A DNA stretch of 63,902 nucleotides, counting the filler, from Octopus bimaculoides (Eukaryota): assembly GCF_001194135.2 (NCBI RefSeq). It is 7 parts of 7 records of this genome, joined end to end, with 100 filler letters (N's around TTAATTAATTAA, not from the genome) between each part and the next. Parts side by side here need not be neighbours in the genome. Positions count along the whole stretch, not along the records: positions 1 to 13,018 come from NC_069002.1; 6 more parts are not named here. One strand, given 5' to 3'. Made by a program: the position numbers and the translations under genes. Shown here in pieces: positions 1-12,374 of this stretch (the stretch's first letter is position 1; each line of letters starts with the position of its first letter). The notes under the pieces were generated by a model. It searched no databases and was not told the origin of the DNA. It saw only the letters and a list, made by a program, of their open reading frames with translations.

Positions 1-67
<67 letters not shown>

Positions 68-229
68 CATAATCATTGCGACTGCGCAAAAACAGTGCTT
101 CACAACACTTCAACATATCAGAAGGTGTATTTTCCTCATAATTGAATATGAAGCTACGTTACACTGTCCATTGAATGACATATTACACACGCACAAATGA
201 ATTTGAATAGACCACGGCCACAGCACTCC

Positions 230-620
230 CAGCACACCTTTTGGTATGAGTCAGCTATGCAAACCCACACCTGTTGCGCTTCGCAATCTAGGCACGATCG
301 AAAGCTTTGCTGAAATCGAGACCGACGGCTACATAGCTTTTACTGAATTTCTCTTGCTCAGGAACCCAGAGATGTATGTGACGTAGATGAAGAGATCTCC
401 AACGGATACCAAACTCTGAATATTCATGATATTTCTGGGCAAATTTACCGAAGGACTAGACCTTGCATGATACATACCTAAGGTCCAGTTCTCTTCCTGG
501 CCTTGAGAGGGGAGGGAGAATCCAAAACGCTGAAGAAGGTGATTGTTCATAGTTGTCTCCATTACTTTAAAGATGTTTGAAGCGGTCACGATAGGACGTA
601 AGTTGACAGGATCAGCTAAG
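230..620 (-). mobile_element. Decayed non-LTR retrotransposon reverse-transcriptase fragment
   Basis: Minus-strand frames give NLRPIVTASNIFKVMETTMNNHLL (resembles NYRPI..TS...KVME) and YVAVGLDFSKAFDR (LDxxKAFD motif), with frameshifts and stops. Confidence 0.7.
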
Positions 621-919
621 TTGTTTTCTTAAAGATGTGACACACTGTTACATTTCCAAAAATCTGGATATATATATCTATAGAATGGAAGGGATTGGTG
701 GAAGAGTTGTTTGAAAACAGGGACTATCTCTGGGGCGTTATATTTGGAGGTAAAGAAAGATAATTTTCTGGTCTGGTATCGTTGTGGTACTGAAGTAGTA
801 AACAATGAAGCGATTACATTGAAACGATTGGAGCAAAAGAATTTTGCTGGGATTTAAGAATAAAACCAGCAATCAAATTATAACTGTTTGTAATTTTGGT
901 AAAGGGCCGGCAATTTTTA

Positions 920-1098
920 GGTAGATGGTGGGTGTCGATTACATCGCACACGCTATTTGACGGGTGCTTATTTCAACGACCCCGAAAGGATGAAAAGCAA
1001 AGATGAACTCAGGGAATTTGAACTCAGAACGTAAAGAGGCGCGAGAAATGCCGCTAAGCATTTTTTTCTGACGTGCTAACGATTCACTCAGCTCGCCG
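920..1098 (-). mobile_element. SINE family B copy
   Basis: Reverse complement of the recurring GGCGAGCTG..GTTAGCACG..GAGTTCAAAT..GCCTTTCATCCTTTCGGGGTCG element. Confidence 0.8.
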
Positions 1099-1568
1099 TA
1101 GAATAAAACCTCTTTGATATTGTTATTTTGGGCTGCAAAATAGAACATTATCTGGTATAGGAGCAGCTGTTCACGTGCTGTCGACATTGTAAAACAAACG
1201 CGAGAAAAAAAGAAGACATTTATGGACTCATTGAAGAGTTTAGAAATATGGCAACTAAATATATTTTCAAGTTTATATTCATTATATATCTGCACGGACA
1301 ACATGTTGTAAGTAACCCGTTGTGTCAAAGTATGGCTGAATTTGAGTTCTTTGAAGAACGTAGCACTGTAAATCAGCCGATTTTATTTATTCATTCCAAT
1401 TATGAATGTTTAATAATTGATTGCAGTGAGTTAAAAATCACTGTTCTTAATTTTTTTTTTTTCAACATTTGTCTATTTATTAGCGAAGTCTCATATAAAA
1501 TAATTTTCTTTTAATCTTGGAATTACATACGTTTTGATTTACTTTCAGATGACTTTTGGCCAACCCTG

Positions 1569-1578
1569 TATGTATATA

Positions 1579-1644
<66 letters not shown>

Positions 1645-1712
1645 GACACAGACATTCGTACATACGCATGTGTGTGTATGTCTGTGTGAGTGAGTGAGTG
1701 CGCGCGCGCGCG
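1569..1712. repeat. Compound (TA)n/(TG)n/(CG)n microsatellite
   Basis: Seen directly. Confidence 0.9.
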
Positions 1713-2484
1713 TTTGCATATTTCCTCGCGTAAACACCATCCTGTTCCGAAGACATGTGAAATATGTTATCCTTTATTTGGAGAAAGAAATAAGGGTTAA
1801 GTGCCAGGAAGGGCAAGAATGGAGGAAAAAAGGACCGAAACAAAAGAAAGTCAAAATTAAAGAAAAAAAAAATGAACCATAATATATGTATGCATCTATG
1901 TATGTATGTATGTATGTATGAATGTATTCATGTACGCATGCATATACGTATTATGACTGTATGTATGTATGACTTTATGTATCTAACTAATATCTATACC
2001 AAACAGGTATATTTTAGTGTATACACACAACGCCATACATGTATGTATAATACGTTCATACACACCCAAACGCCATTATGTGGTGATCAATACAGATAAC
2101 ATGTTCAAATATTATCGACTGTATTTTCTTATCCTTTAGCAAATAGTGGACGTGATAGAATAGTTGCACCACTGGTTTTACGGAGGGTAGAACTGATGTC
2201 TTTAATTTAATTACCAAGGTACGAGCTTCCATATTCCCAGTTCTCGTTGATGAAGCGCACACCTTGCTACACATCGGCCAGAACCTCCTCCAACTGTTTC
2301 TTCGAGTACAAATCGAAATACCCAACACAGTGTATCACCTTCCTTTCCCTTCAGTGTGTTAACTCGTCGAGCAAGGAGGAATTGTCGTTTGCGACGCTCA
2401 TTTTCCACCTAGAACAAGTTGTGGAGTTTTATCATACCTTTCTTTCCACTGTGTTTGTGAATATTGGTTTCACATTTTGGCTCA

Positions 2485-2665
2485 AGGCTGGCAATCTCGG
2501 GAGAAGTGGGTAAGCCGATTATATCGACTCCAGTGCTCAACTGGTACTTATTATATCGACCCCAAAAGGGTGAAAAGCAAAGTCAACTTCGGCAGCATTT
2601 GAACTCAGAACACAAAGACGAACGAAATGCTACTAGACATAACGATTTTGTTAGCACACCGCCTT
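2485..2665 (-). mobile_element. SINE family B copy
   Basis: CGACCCCAAAAGGGTGAAAAGCAAAGTCAAC..TTTGAACTCAGAAC matches the family in reverse. Confidence 0.75.
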
Positions 2666-3128
2666 TATCATTTGTGAATATTAGAATACTGTTGACAGTG
2701 GTGGTGGTGGTGCAAGTAGTGGTGATGGTAATGATGATGATGATAGTGGTGACGGTGGTGGAAGGGGTTGGTGGTGATGATACATTGTCGTTTATTTACT
2801 TAGAGTTGATTTTTTTTTGTTTTGTTTTGTTTAGCTGGTTTTCCTCCATTTTGTTTTCCTCAAATAACAAACAATCGAATTTGTGTTGAAGGTGCAAACA
2901 GGATAGGGACGGCGTTGGGTGCGATTTAGAGAAGTCGTTATACGAGATTAGACAGGATTAGATAGGGGGTGGGTATCGGAACACGGGAATAGGGGACCAA
3001 AGAGGAATGAGAACAGAAAAGGAAGGAAAGTAGGGGATGTAGACGGAAGGAAAGAAAAGAAATTGAAACGGAACCAAAATGCACAAAAAATACTACCGCT
3101 ACTCCAGCCACAACCACTGATTTCCTTG

Positions 3129-3207
<79 letters not shown>

Positions 3208-3462
3208 TAATAATAATCTTTTCTACTATAGGCGCAAGGCCTGGATTTTTGTGGGGAGGGGGACAATCGCTCACATCAACACCAGTATGCAACTGGTACT
3301 TAATTTATCGACCCCGAAAGGATGAAAGACAAAGCCACCCACCTTTCAACAAACAATAATATAAATAATAATTATTATTATTATTATCTTAATTTTGTCA
3401 TTACTACTATTATTGCTAATATATTTTCGTTTCTGTTTGTACTTCTACCACGACTATCACTG

Positions 3463-3510
<48 letters not shown>

Positions 3511-3680
3511 TTAGTATTATCACTCAAGTTATTTTTACTACTACAACTACCACTACTTTCACAATGACAACAGCGAAATAACATCGAAAATAACACTGAA
3601 ATGATTGAAACGCAAACAAAATTACACACACACACACACACACACCAGTTAACACCGTCCATTGTGTCCGGTTGTGTGGC

Positions 3681-3716
3681 TATATAAACCAGAAACCAAA
3701 ACCGGAATCGTCATAA
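3681..3716 (+). promoter_or_regulatory. Candidate core promoter (TATA box plus initiator) of the multicopper oxidase gene
   Basis: TATATAAA at 3681-3688; Inr-like TCATAA with the A at 3713, 32 nt downstream; ATG at 3790 in gcaaacATG context. Confidence 0.55.
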
Positions 3717-3789
3717 CACTCGAAAATCGGACGGAGCGACTGACAAGCTGACAGACAGACAGACAGACAGGGAGACAGTGAAAGCAAAC

Positions 3790-3986
3790 ATGCCCGCGTT
3801 CGGTTTTCGGCTGGCCCCTTTCGCTTTGCCGTTGCTGATTTTGTCCGTCCTGTCCCCTTGCAGTGCTGGGAGATGGCACTGGAATCGACCAGCCCCTCCT
3901 ATTCGTGAATATTTTATAGCGGCCATCGAAGAACCTTGGGATTATGCTCCCTCTGGCAGAGATCAAGTGTTTGCATCAAACGAAAG
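3790..3986 (+). CDS. Ceruloplasmin/hephaestin-like multicopper oxidase, exon 1 (signal peptide and start of domain 1)
   Basis: MPAFGFRLAPFALPLLILSVLSPCSA then REYFIAAIEEPWDYAPSG; donor AG|GTAAAT, phase 2. Confidence 0.92.
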
Positions 3987-4671
3987 GTAAATATATATAT
4001 ATATATATANNNNNNNNNNNNNNNNNNNNNNNNNNNNNNNNNNNNNNNNNNNNNNNNNNNNNNNNNNNNNNNNNNNNNNNNNNNNNNNNNNNNNNNNNNN
4101 NNNNNNNNNNNNNNNNNNNNNNNNNNNNNNNNNNNNNNNNNNNNNNNNNNNNNNNNNNNNNNNNNNNNNNNNNNNNNNNNNNNNNNNNNNNNNNNNNNNN
4201 NNNNNNNNNNNNNNNNNNNNNNNNNNNNNNNNNNNNNNNNNNNNNNNNNNNNNNNNNNNNNNNNNNNNNNNNNNNNNNNNNNNNNNNNNNNNNNNNNNNN
4301 NNNNNNNNNNNNNNNNNNNNNNNNNNNNNNNNNNNNNNNNNNNNNNNNNNNNNNNNNNNNNNNNNNNNNNNNNNNNNNNNNNNNNNNNNNNNNNNNNNNN
4401 NNNNNNNNNNNNNNNNNNNNNNNNNNNNNNNNNNNNNNNNNNNNNNNNNNNNNNNNNNNNNNNNNNNNNNNNNNNNNNNNNNNNNNNNNNNNNNNNNNNN
4501 NNNNNNNNNNNNNNNNNNNNNNNNNNNNNNNNNNNNNNNNNNNNNNNNNNNNNNNNNNNNNNNNNNNNNNNNNNNNNNNNNNNNNNNNNNNNNNNNNNNN
4601 NNNNNNNNNNNNNTAATGCTCTTCTCAGTACATGAGTCGTTCCAGTTAGCACGATTTTTTGCACTTCCTTA

Positions 4672-4726
<55 letters not shown>

Positions 4727-4829
4727 CATCATCATCATCGTTATTAATAATTTTCGTCTGTCGCTACGTTCTGAGTTCAAATTCCGCCGAGGTCGGCTTT
4801 GCCTTTCATCCTTTCGGGGTCGATGTTAA

Positions 4830-5040
4830 GGCGGCGAGCTGGTAGAAGCGCTAGCACGCCGCGTAAGATGCTTAGCGGCATTTCGTCCGTCTTCACGTTT
4901 TGAGTTCAAATGCCGCTGGGGCCGATTTCGCCTTTCATCCTTTCGAAGGTCAATGAAATAAGCACCGTTGGAGTACTCGGGTCGATGCAGTAGACAAGCT
5001 CCCAGCCCCCAAATCTCGGGCTTATTGTAGAGAAGATTGT
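4830..5040 (+). mobile_element. SINE family B copy, preceded by a partial copy at about 4756-4825
   Basis: GGCGGCGAGCTGGTAGAAGCGCTAGCACGCC..GAGTTCAAAT..GCCTTTCATCCTTTCG. Confidence 0.85.
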
Positions 5041-5139
5041 TGTTGTTGCTGCTACTGCTACTGCTGCTGCTGCTGCTGCTGCTGCTGTTGTTGTCTTTAT
5101 CATTGTTCTTGAGAATGGTGGTGTGGGTGGTGATGTTGC

Positions 5140-5492
5140 CATCACTGACTGGCACTCCGTCATCACTGACTGGCACTCCGTCGCTTACGACGACGGGGGT
5201 TCCAGTTTATCCGATCAACGGAACAGCCTGCTATTGAAACTAACGTGCAGGTGGCTGAGTACTCCACAGACACGATTACCCTTAACTCAGTTCTCAGAGA
5301 GATCAAGCGTGACACATAATGCGATAAGGCTGGCCCCTTTTGAATTACAGGTACAATTCATTTTTGCCAGCTGAGTGCACTGTAGCAACGTGAAGTAAAA
5401 CGTCTTGCTCAAGGACACGACGCGCCACCAGGAATCGAACTCGTGACGTTTCGATCGCAAGCCGAAATACCCTAACCACTTAACTACGCGCT
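5140..5492 (-). mobile_element. tRNA-derived SINE, family A variant
   Basis: Shares the 3' block (GGCACTCCGTCGCTTACGAC..GGAACAGCCTGCT..) with 11785-12165; tRNA-like head near 5430-5490; 21-bp tandem duplication at the tail. Confidence 0.8.
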
Positions 5493-5637
5493 TTCACTCT
5501 CATTAGTATTGCTGTTGTTATTGTTGGTGTATGCGTAGTACTGGTTGTTGTTGTTTTGGTGGTGGGTGGGGTGAGTGGTAGTAGAAGTGACAGCAACGGT
5601 GTAGATGCCGTTCTAGTTTAATACTTGACCGACACCA

Positions 5638-5805
5638 GGCGGCGAGCTGGCAGAATCGTTAGCGCGCCGGGCGTTTATGCTGAGCGGTATTTCGTCTGTC
5701 TTTATGTTCTGAGTTCAAATTCCGCCGAGGTCGATTTTGCCTTTCATCCTCTCGGGGGTCGATAAATTAAGTACTAGTTGCATAATGGAGTCAATCTAAT
5801 CGACT
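5638..5805 (+). mobile_element. SINE family B copy, truncated by a gap
   Basis: GGCGGCGAGCTGGCAGAATCGTTAGCGCGCC..GCCTTTCATCCTCTCGGGGGTCGATAAATTAAGTAC. Confidence 0.85.
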
Positions 5806-6666
5806 NNNNNNNNNNNNNNNNNNNNNNNNNNNNNNNNNNNNNNNNNNNNNNNNNNNNNNNNNNNNNNNNNNNNNNNNNNNNNNNNNNNNNNNNNNNNNNN
5901 NNNNNNNNNNNNNNNNNNNNNNNNNNNNNNNNNNNNNNNNNNNNNNNNNNNNNNNNNNNNNNNNNNNNNNNNNNNNNNNNNNNNNNNNNNNNNNNNNNNN
6001 NNNNNNNNNNNNNNNNNNNNNNNNNNNNNNNNNNNNNNNNNNNNNNNNNNNNNNNNNNNNNNNNNNNNNNNNNNNNNNNNNNNNNNNNNNNNNNNNNNNN
6101 NNNNNNNNNNNNNNNNNNNNNNNNNNNNNNNNNNNNNNNNNNNNNNNNNNNNNNNNNNNNNNNNNNNNNNNNNNNNNNNNNNNNNNNNNNNNNNNNNNNN
6201 NNNNNNNNNNNNNNNNNNNNNNNNNNNNNNNNNNNNNNNNNNNNNNNNNNNNNNNNNNNNNNNNNNNNNNNNNNNNNNNNNNNNNNNNNNNNNNNNNNNN
6301 NNNNNNNNNNNNNNNNNNNNNNNNNNNNNNNNNNNNNNNNNNNNNNNNNNNNNNNNNNNNNNNNNNNNNNNNNNNNNNNNNNNNNNNNNNNNNNNNNNNN
6401 NNNNNNNNNNNNNNNNNNNNNNNNNNNNNNNNNNNNNNNNNNNNNNNNNNNNNNNNNNNNNNNNNNNNNNNNNNNNNNNNNNNNNNNNNNNNNNNNNNNN
6501 NNNNNNNNNNNNNNNNNNNNNNNNNNNNNNNNNNNNNNNNNNNNNNNNNNNNNNNNNNNNNNNNNNNNNNNNNNNNNNNNNNNNNNNNNNNNNNNNNNNN
6601 NNNNNNNNNNNNNNNNNNNNNNNNNNNNNNNNNNNNNNNNNNNNNNNNNNNNNNNNNNNNNNNNNN

Positions 6667-6938
6667 GTAGTTCTCGGGGAGATTCAGCGTGACACAGTGT
6701 GACAAGGCTGGCCCTTTGAATTACAGGCACAACAGAAACAGGAAAGAAGAGTGAGAGAAAGTTGTGGTGAAAGAGTACAGCAGGGTTCGCCACCATCCCC
6801 TGCCGGAGCCTCGCGGAGCTTTAGGTGTTTTCGCTCAATAAACACTCAGAACGCCCGGTCTGGGAATCGAAACCGCGATCCTATGGGAATTGAAACCGCG
6901 AGTCCGCTGCCCTAACCACTGGGCCATTGCGCCTCCAC
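6667..6938 (-). mobile_element. tRNA-derived SINE family A copy
   Basis: Reverse complement closely matches the 5' part of 11785-12165; A box TGGCCCAGTGG and B box GGTTTCGATTCC. Confidence 0.9.
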
Positions 6939-7071
6939 ATTTTTTCATGTGACAATTTATCTATTCTCGAGTCTTTCCTGGTTCTTCTTATTTCTTTCTT
7001 TTCGTTCATGTTTTCTTTCGTTCAATGAATTATTCATTCATTTTTGTTCATTTTTTTTATCCCCCCTCTAG

Positions 7072-7310
7072 TGACAAGTTTTTGGTCAATTCACTCAACC
7101 GGATCGGAAGAAAATACAAGAAAGTCATTTACGAACAATTCACTGATGGCCATTTCAACAAGATCAAACCAAAAGAGAAATGGATGGGATTGCTCGGACC
7201 AGTTATACGAGCAGAAGTCGGAGACACGATCATCATACATTTCCGAAATATGGCTACTCACGAATTCTCTGTCCACCCTCACGGTGTGAGATACACAAAA
7301 GGAAACGAAG
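7072..7310 (+). CDS. Multicopper oxidase exon 2 (domain 1)
   Basis: TAG|T..; RIGRKYKKVIY..LLGPVIRAEVGD..SVHPHGVRY (HxH copper ligands); 239 nt, phase 2 to 1. Confidence 0.95.
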
Positions 7311-7547
7311 GTTAGACTACTTACCATTTTTTATATTTGTTTCCAATTTANNNNNNNNNNNNNNNNNNNNNNNNNNNNNNNNNNNNNNNNNNNNNNNNNN
7401 NNNNNNNNNNNNNNNNNNNNNNNNNNNNNNNNNNNNNNNNNNNNNNNNNNTAATTGGTCGAAAATAATTGTTAGAAAATAATTGGTCGAAAATAATTGGT
7501 CGGAAACAATTGCGTCTGACTTACCACTGATATTACTTTTTCCGCAG

Positions 7548-7760
7548 GTGCGTTATATTCGGATAATACATTTGGGCCTTTGAAAAAGGACGAACATGTG
7601 CAACCGGGAGAGAGCTACAAGTATACGTGGAACATCACAAGCGAATTTGCACCACCTACAGGAGATTCGGCCTGCATCTCATGGGTCTATCACTCACATA
7701 TCAACACGCCAGTCGACACAAACTCGGGTCTCATTGGTCCGCTCATTACATGTAAACGAG
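7548..7760 (+). CDS. Multicopper oxidase exon 3 (domain 1)
   Basis: CAG|GT GCG..; VQPGESYKYTW..CISWVYHSH..NSGLIGPLITCKR; 213 nt, phase 1 to 1; donor GTGATT. Confidence 0.95.
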
Positions 7761-7776
7761 GTGATTAAATCGATTA

Positions 7777-7838
<62 letters not shown>

Positions 7839-8475
7839 AATAATAATAATAATAATAATATTTCTATATTGGTTNNNNNNNNNNNNNNNNNNNNNNNNNN
7901 NNNNNNNNNNNNNNNNNNNNNNNNNNNNNNNNNNNNNNNNNNNNNNNNNNNNNNNNNNNNNNNNNNNNNNNNNNNNNNNNNNNNNNNNNNNNNNNNNNNN
8001 NNNNNNNNNNNNNNNNNNNNNNNNNNNNNNNNNNNNNNNNNNNNNNNNNNNNNNNNNNNNNNNNNNNNNNNNNNNNNNNNNNNNNNNNNNNNNNNNNNNN
8101 NNNNNNNNNNNNNNNNNNNNNNNNNNNNNNNNNNNNNNNNNNNNNNNNAACCATAACCATCAAACGCCTACATTGACCGTTACAAACGATCGTCACACTC
8201 GTCCGACAACACCATTTAACGTCGACATACATTAACGTTAACCATCACCACCAACGTCAAATATCAACTGTCATCACTGACTGTCACCGTTCAATAATCA
8301 ACATCTACTACGTCATGGACCGTCACAAACAAACGTCAATATTGACCGTCACCACCAACCTCAAACATCGTCCGTCATCACTAACTGTCACCGTTCAAAA
8401 ATCAACATTGACCGTCACCATGGACTGTCACCGTCAAACGTCAATATTGATCGTCACCACCTAACACCAACACAG

Positions 8476-8809
8476 GTACATTGCGAACCGATGGCAGCCG
8501 TATTGACAACAAAAAGGAGTTTATTCTACTTGCCAAAACTTATGACGAGAACGCGAGCTTCTACAGCGATCAGAACAAGAAGAAATGCGGTGATCCGAAC
8601 TTGTGCGAGAAGTTAGCGGCAGAAGAAGATGAAGAATACATGGACAGCAACCTAATGAGAACGTTTAATGGTTACGTTTATGGCAATGGTCCGCCATTTG
8701 TTGTAAATGCAAACGAGGAGGTCATCTGGTATGTAATGGGCATGGGAAACGAAGCAGGCATACACGGTATTCAGTTTGCTGGGCAAGTCATGAGAGTACA
8801 TGGACATGT
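8476..8809 (+). CDS. Multicopper oxidase exon 4 (domain 2)
   Basis: KEFILLAKTYDENASFY..FNGYVYGN..VIWYVMGMGNEAGIHGIQFAGQ; 334 nt, phase 1 to 2; donor GTAAGT. Confidence 0.95.
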
Positions 8810-8821
8810 GTAAGTCTAGGA

Positions 8822-8935
<114 letters not shown>

Positions 8936-8936
8936 A

Positions 8937-9085
8937 GCGGTGAGCTGGCAAAATCATTAGCACGCTGGGTGAAATTTTTTCGGTATTTTGTCTGCCACTA
9001 CGTTCTGAGTTCAAATTCCATTGAGGTCGACTTTGCCTTTCATTCTTTTGGGGTCGATGAAATAAGTACCATTTGAGCACTGGGG
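8937..9085 (+). mobile_element. SINE family B copy after an (ATT)n tract
   Basis: GCGGTGAGCTGGCAAAATCATTAGCACGC..GCCTTTCATTCTTTTGGGGTCGATG. Confidence 0.8.
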
Positions 9086-9522
9086 GTCGGCGTATTCTAC
9101 TAACACCGCTTCTCCTGAAATGTATGTGCCTGAAATGTATGTATGTATGTATGTATGTATTATGCACGTACGTACGTGTGTCCTTTTCTGTTTATCCCCT
9201 CACAGTTTGGCAAGCGGTGCTGGTTTGTTTGCATTATTGTTTCGGTAAAAGCGACAGACAGATTAAGTACCAGACGTCAAAAAATTAAGTAGTGATGTCG
9301 TTTTGTTCGACTAAAGCCTTCAAGGCAGTGCCCCAGCATGACCGCAGCCCAACGACTAAAACAAGTAAAAGATCGAACAGGACGGACAACTTCGTTGTGT
9401 CTCCCGCGTTGAATCGACTTAAAAATACTTTTGTAAACGCTATTCATTAAGCAATCATTCGTTGAATCGTAATGAAATTTTACCGAACAGTTTATTCTTT
9501 ATTTCACTTTTTTTATTTTCAG

Positions 9523-9629
9523 GTTCGGTACGATTGAAGCCATGCAGGCATCGTTTAAATCGGCCACGATGAAGCCAATGAATCAGGGAAGATGGCTTAT
9601 TAGTTGTGCTGTGTCAGAACACTATACTG
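9523..9629 (+). CDS. Multicopper oxidase exon 5 (domain 2, type-1 copper Cys and His)
   Basis: TTTTCAG|G..; GRWLISCAVSEHYT; 107 nt, phase 2 to 1; donor GTAAGT. Confidence 0.93.
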
Positions 9630-9775
9630 GTAAGTTTCGTCCGAATTATTCTGTTCCATCCACTGAGGTTGATGTAATCAATTTACCTTACCCCAATTTC
9701 CCCGAAATTGCTGGCCTTGTGCACAAATTTGAAATCAATATTTCATCAAATAAAGTCTATCTTTCTATCTCTTAG

Positions 9776-9944
9776 ATGGAGCGCTTGCATTTTTGGACGT
9801 GAAATCTCAAGGAACTTACGATGAAAACTGGCGGTTTTCGACGAACAATAAAATTGAATACTATTATTTGTCCATAGAAGAACGTCTTTGGGATTATGCA
9901 CCAAGTGGAAAGAACAATTTGACCGGAGCTAATTTGTCAGACGA
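9776..9944 (+). CDS. Multicopper oxidase exon 6 (end of domain 2, start of domain 3)
   Basis: CTTAG|AT GGA..; DGALAFLDV..YYYLSIEERLWDYAPSGKNNLTG; 169 nt, phase 1 to 2; donor GTAAGT. Not in the ORF track. Confidence 0.93.
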
Positions 9945-10680
9945 GTAAGTGTGTATTCTCACATCATCTCTGATATCAAGAGTAAAGGTTTATATCGCAT
10001 ATGGAAGGGGTTTCTTAGCATAATGCACCTAAGATTACATTACCAATGTGTTTTTCTTTTCTTTTTGAAGACAGTAAATGTGTGTTTTGAGGGAGATTTA
10101 ACAGCTATATTTAGTGGATCGAGCAAACGCAGAAAGGTTTAGTTGGTTTTCGGGGAAAAGTGTGAAAGAGGGAAGATAGAAATAGAAGGAGAAAGAAAGT
10201 GGGGTTGAACCAGATTCGTTTAACAAAAAGAAAACCTTCGGGGCGGTGCCCCAACATGGCCGCAGTCCATTGATTGAAACAAATAAAAGAAGAAAAGATA
10301 AAAGATATTCCAAACAGATCTGTCCATTACAATACCCGCCTCTCACTATAATGAAAAACGTGGGCAAGGAGCCTGATATAGGTAGGGGCCTTTGGCATTC
10401 AACCCGGATCGATGTAGCTGAGAAGCAAACTCCTTGCAACACAGCCCCACATGCACTTATAAATTAATGCTGACCTCGGCTGGATTTGAACCGAGAACAG
10501 CTAGAGCCGGAAACGATACAGCAAGATATTATTTTGTTCGATGCTCTAACGTACCAGAGTTTTCCTGAAAAGCTTAGCCAAATGTAGTTAGTCGATCTTT
10601 AAATCATTAGGTCACACTCTAATTTAGTCGTCCATACACCAATTTCGTATGTCATAATATATTTTGATTGGTCAGCTTTC

Positions 10681-10890
10681 GGGCGGCGAGCGAGCAGAAT
10701 TGTTAGCACGCCGGACAAAATGCTAAGCGGCATTTCGTCCGTCTTTATGTTCTTGGTTCAAATTCCGCAGAGGTTAACTTTGTCTTTCATTCTTTAGGGT
10801 TCGATAAAAATAAGTATCAGTCGGGGTCGATGTAATTGACCCATCCCCTCCCCGTGAAATTGCTGGCCTTGTGCCAAAATTTGAAATCAA
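10681..10890 (+). mobile_element. SINE family B, near full-length copy
   Basis: GGGCGGCGAGCGAGCAGAATTGTTAGCACGCC..GGGGTCGATGTAATTGAC..GGCCTTGTGCCAAAATTTGAA. Confidence 0.85.
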
Positions 10891-11488
10891 TATTACACTC
10901 ATTTTTTATATCACATGCTAATTGGAAAGGTAAGACTTAACTAACAGGCCACACTCAAATTTGCTATATCAAACTCTGATCCGATAGGTAACATTGGATT
11001 CTGATAAATCACACTTTAGTTCGATAGTTCACACTCGGATACAATATGTCAAAATCTTATCTTGACACGCCACTGAGCGTAAACTGACCGTAAACAAATG
11101 ATACTTTAAATTAACAAGCCACGGTCAACACAAATAAGCCTGATTTAATCAGTGAAATTACTGTCTAAACTGATAAGCAGCACTCTAAGCTGTTACAATT
11201 CATTATTGGTTGCTGCTGCAACACTTTTGTGTTTTTTAGCACTATTCTTCTACACGAGAAGCTTTCTCAAGACAAATACTGCAGTTTTGTGGCTTTACAA
11301 AGTATATCCACGTTATGTAAGATGAACAGAATACATTTCTAAACTATTAATTGATTCTCCAATCTAAAAGAGTAAATCCAACACATTTGTTTTAAGATTT
11401 TCGTAGCATTGAAGATTTATTTAAAATCTTGATTTGAGTACTTGACTGCATTCTTTTTTTTTTTTTTCATATTTTGTTTCTAAAATAG

Positions 11489-11757
11489 TCCGAATACTGA
11501 AGGGGTGTTTACAAGTGGACCTCATAGAATTGGTCGACGTTACAAGAAGGCTAGCTTTTTCCAGTATAAAGACTCATCTTTCACCACGAAAATCAAAACT
11601 CCCGATAACATGGGTTTGTTAGGACCAGTGATTCGTGTTTTTGAAGGTGACAATGTTGTCGTGGCCTTAAAGAACTCCGCCACCCTTCGACCTTTCTCTT
11701 TCTTACCCCATGGTGTAACATATACGAAATCCAACGAGGGTGCCGTATACAACAACA
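11489..11757 (+). CDS. Multicopper oxidase exon 7 (domain 3)
   Basis: RIGRRYKKASF..MGLLGPVIRVFEGD..FSFLPHGVTYTKSNEG; 269 nt, phase 2 to 1; donor GTAAGT. Confidence 0.95.
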
Positions 11758-11784
11758 GTAAGTACTTTATTATTTCCTTCTCTA

Positions 11785-12165
11785 GTGGAGGCGCAATGGC
11801 CCAGTGGTTAGGGCAGCGGACTCGCGGTCATAGGATCGCGGTTTCGATTCCCAGACCGGGCGTTGTGAGTGTTTATTGAGCGAAAACACCTAAAGCTCAA
11901 CGAGGCTCCGGCAGGGGATGGTGGCGAACCCTGATGTACTTTTCCATCACAACTTTCTCCCACTCTTTCTTCCTGTTTCTGTTGTACCTGTATTTCAAAG
12001 GGCCAGCCTTGTCACACTGTGTCACGCTGAATATCCCCGAGAACTACGTTAAGGGTACACGTGTCTGTGGAGTGATCAGCCACTTGCACGTTAATTTCAC
12101 GAGCAAGCTGTTCCGTTGATCGGATCGACTGGAACCCTCGACGTCGTAAGCGACCGAGTGCCAAC
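11785..12165 (+). mobile_element. tRNA-derived SINE family A, full-length copy
   Basis: A box TGGCCCAGTGG, B box GGTTTCGATTCC; body shared with five other copies in the window. Confidence 0.9.
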
Positions 12166-12374
12166 GAACGAATATATATACGAGGATGAGACAAAAAAAG
12201 TAATGCAAATAAAAGAATGCATTATTTTCTGACTTACCATCAACTATCTTATATATAATATATATAATTTGTCCCTCTCTCTCCCTTCCTTGTCCCATTT
12301 AAACATTTCAAAAAAAAATCATACAAGAATTCGCATATTAATTATAATAATCCAATTTTTTTCTTAATTTATAG

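Noticed and set aside
2140-2440. GC-richer stretch with several short ORFs
   Set aside because: Probably an old element, but I could assign no motif in any frame.
3776-3781. CAGTGA in the oxidase 5' UTR as an iron-responsive element
   Set aside because: The flanks GGAGA and AAGCA do not pair and there is no bulged C, so no IRE stem forms.
3936-6796. Long ORFs made of X (also at 25614-26551, 37556-38416, 39336-40574, 48327-48926 and 50506-51335)
   Set aside because: They are open only because they run through N gaps.
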